A DNA stretch of 64,000 nucleotides from assembly GCA_964016885.1 (NCBI GenBank), contig OZ024766.1, forward strand, positions 12,214,001 through 12,278,000. The letters are read 5' to 3'. The position numbers and the translations under genes were made by a program. This document shows, one piece after another, positions 63,781 through 64,000 of the stretch (the first letter of the stretch is position 1; each line of letters begins with the position of its first letter). The DNA is from Eledone cirrhosa. Its lineage: Eukaryota. The notes beneath the pieces were generated by a model. That model saw only the letters and a list, made by a program, of their open reading frames with translations. It was not told where the DNA came from and did not search any database.

Positions 63781-64000
63781 GCATGATGTGGAAAATGTTC
63801 CATCATCACTGCCCAAATGATGTTGGCATCGCCTTCAAAATACACCCAAGGCTTGGGCCCCGTGCTATCCGTCCCAAACAAAAATCTAAATCGCAACTCA
63901 TAACAACAATACGGCACAATTATTTCACCTCAATCGGCCCTGCTCTCTTCAACATCACACCAGGACACGTCAAAACAGAAACTGACCACACAAAATTCAA
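63781..64000 (+). mobile_element. CR1/L2-type LINE ORF2 C-terminal fragment, runs off the window
   Basis: Own translation from 63783: MMWKMFHHHCPND..HPRLG..RHNYFTSIGPALFNITP, resembling the post-RT 'F..RG..LWN.LP' motif. Confidence 0.65.

Overview
Eukaryotic, extremely microsatellite-rich, apparently non-genic DNA. The SINE types and (TA)n density suggest a cephalopod (octopus-like) genome, which is an inference. No host exon is recognisable, and almost all ORFs in the track are artefacts of (TA)n, (CA)n, (ACC)n and (AAC)n. Islands of mobile DNA sit between the simple repeats: four truncated Penelope-like (GIY-YIG) retroelements, three 3' fragments of an RTE LINE, four copies of a non-autonomous RTE-derived element (one with a twin-priming-type inversion), tRNA-derived SINEs, an internally deleted mariner and a CR1/L2-like fragment. 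The dominant hidden signal is a dense population of type I hammerhead ribozyme (HHR) motifs, about 20 cores in several unrelated families, many inside fold-back palindromes inserted in (TA)n. The best candidate for an undescribed system is a near-perfect 310-bp tandem array (24125-26076) that switches orientation. Every full unit carries an HHR with an extended stem I plus several hairpins, i.e. a retrozyme-like locus predicted to yield 310-nt (possibly circular) RNAs from either strand. All structures were paired by eye; no folding or database search was run.
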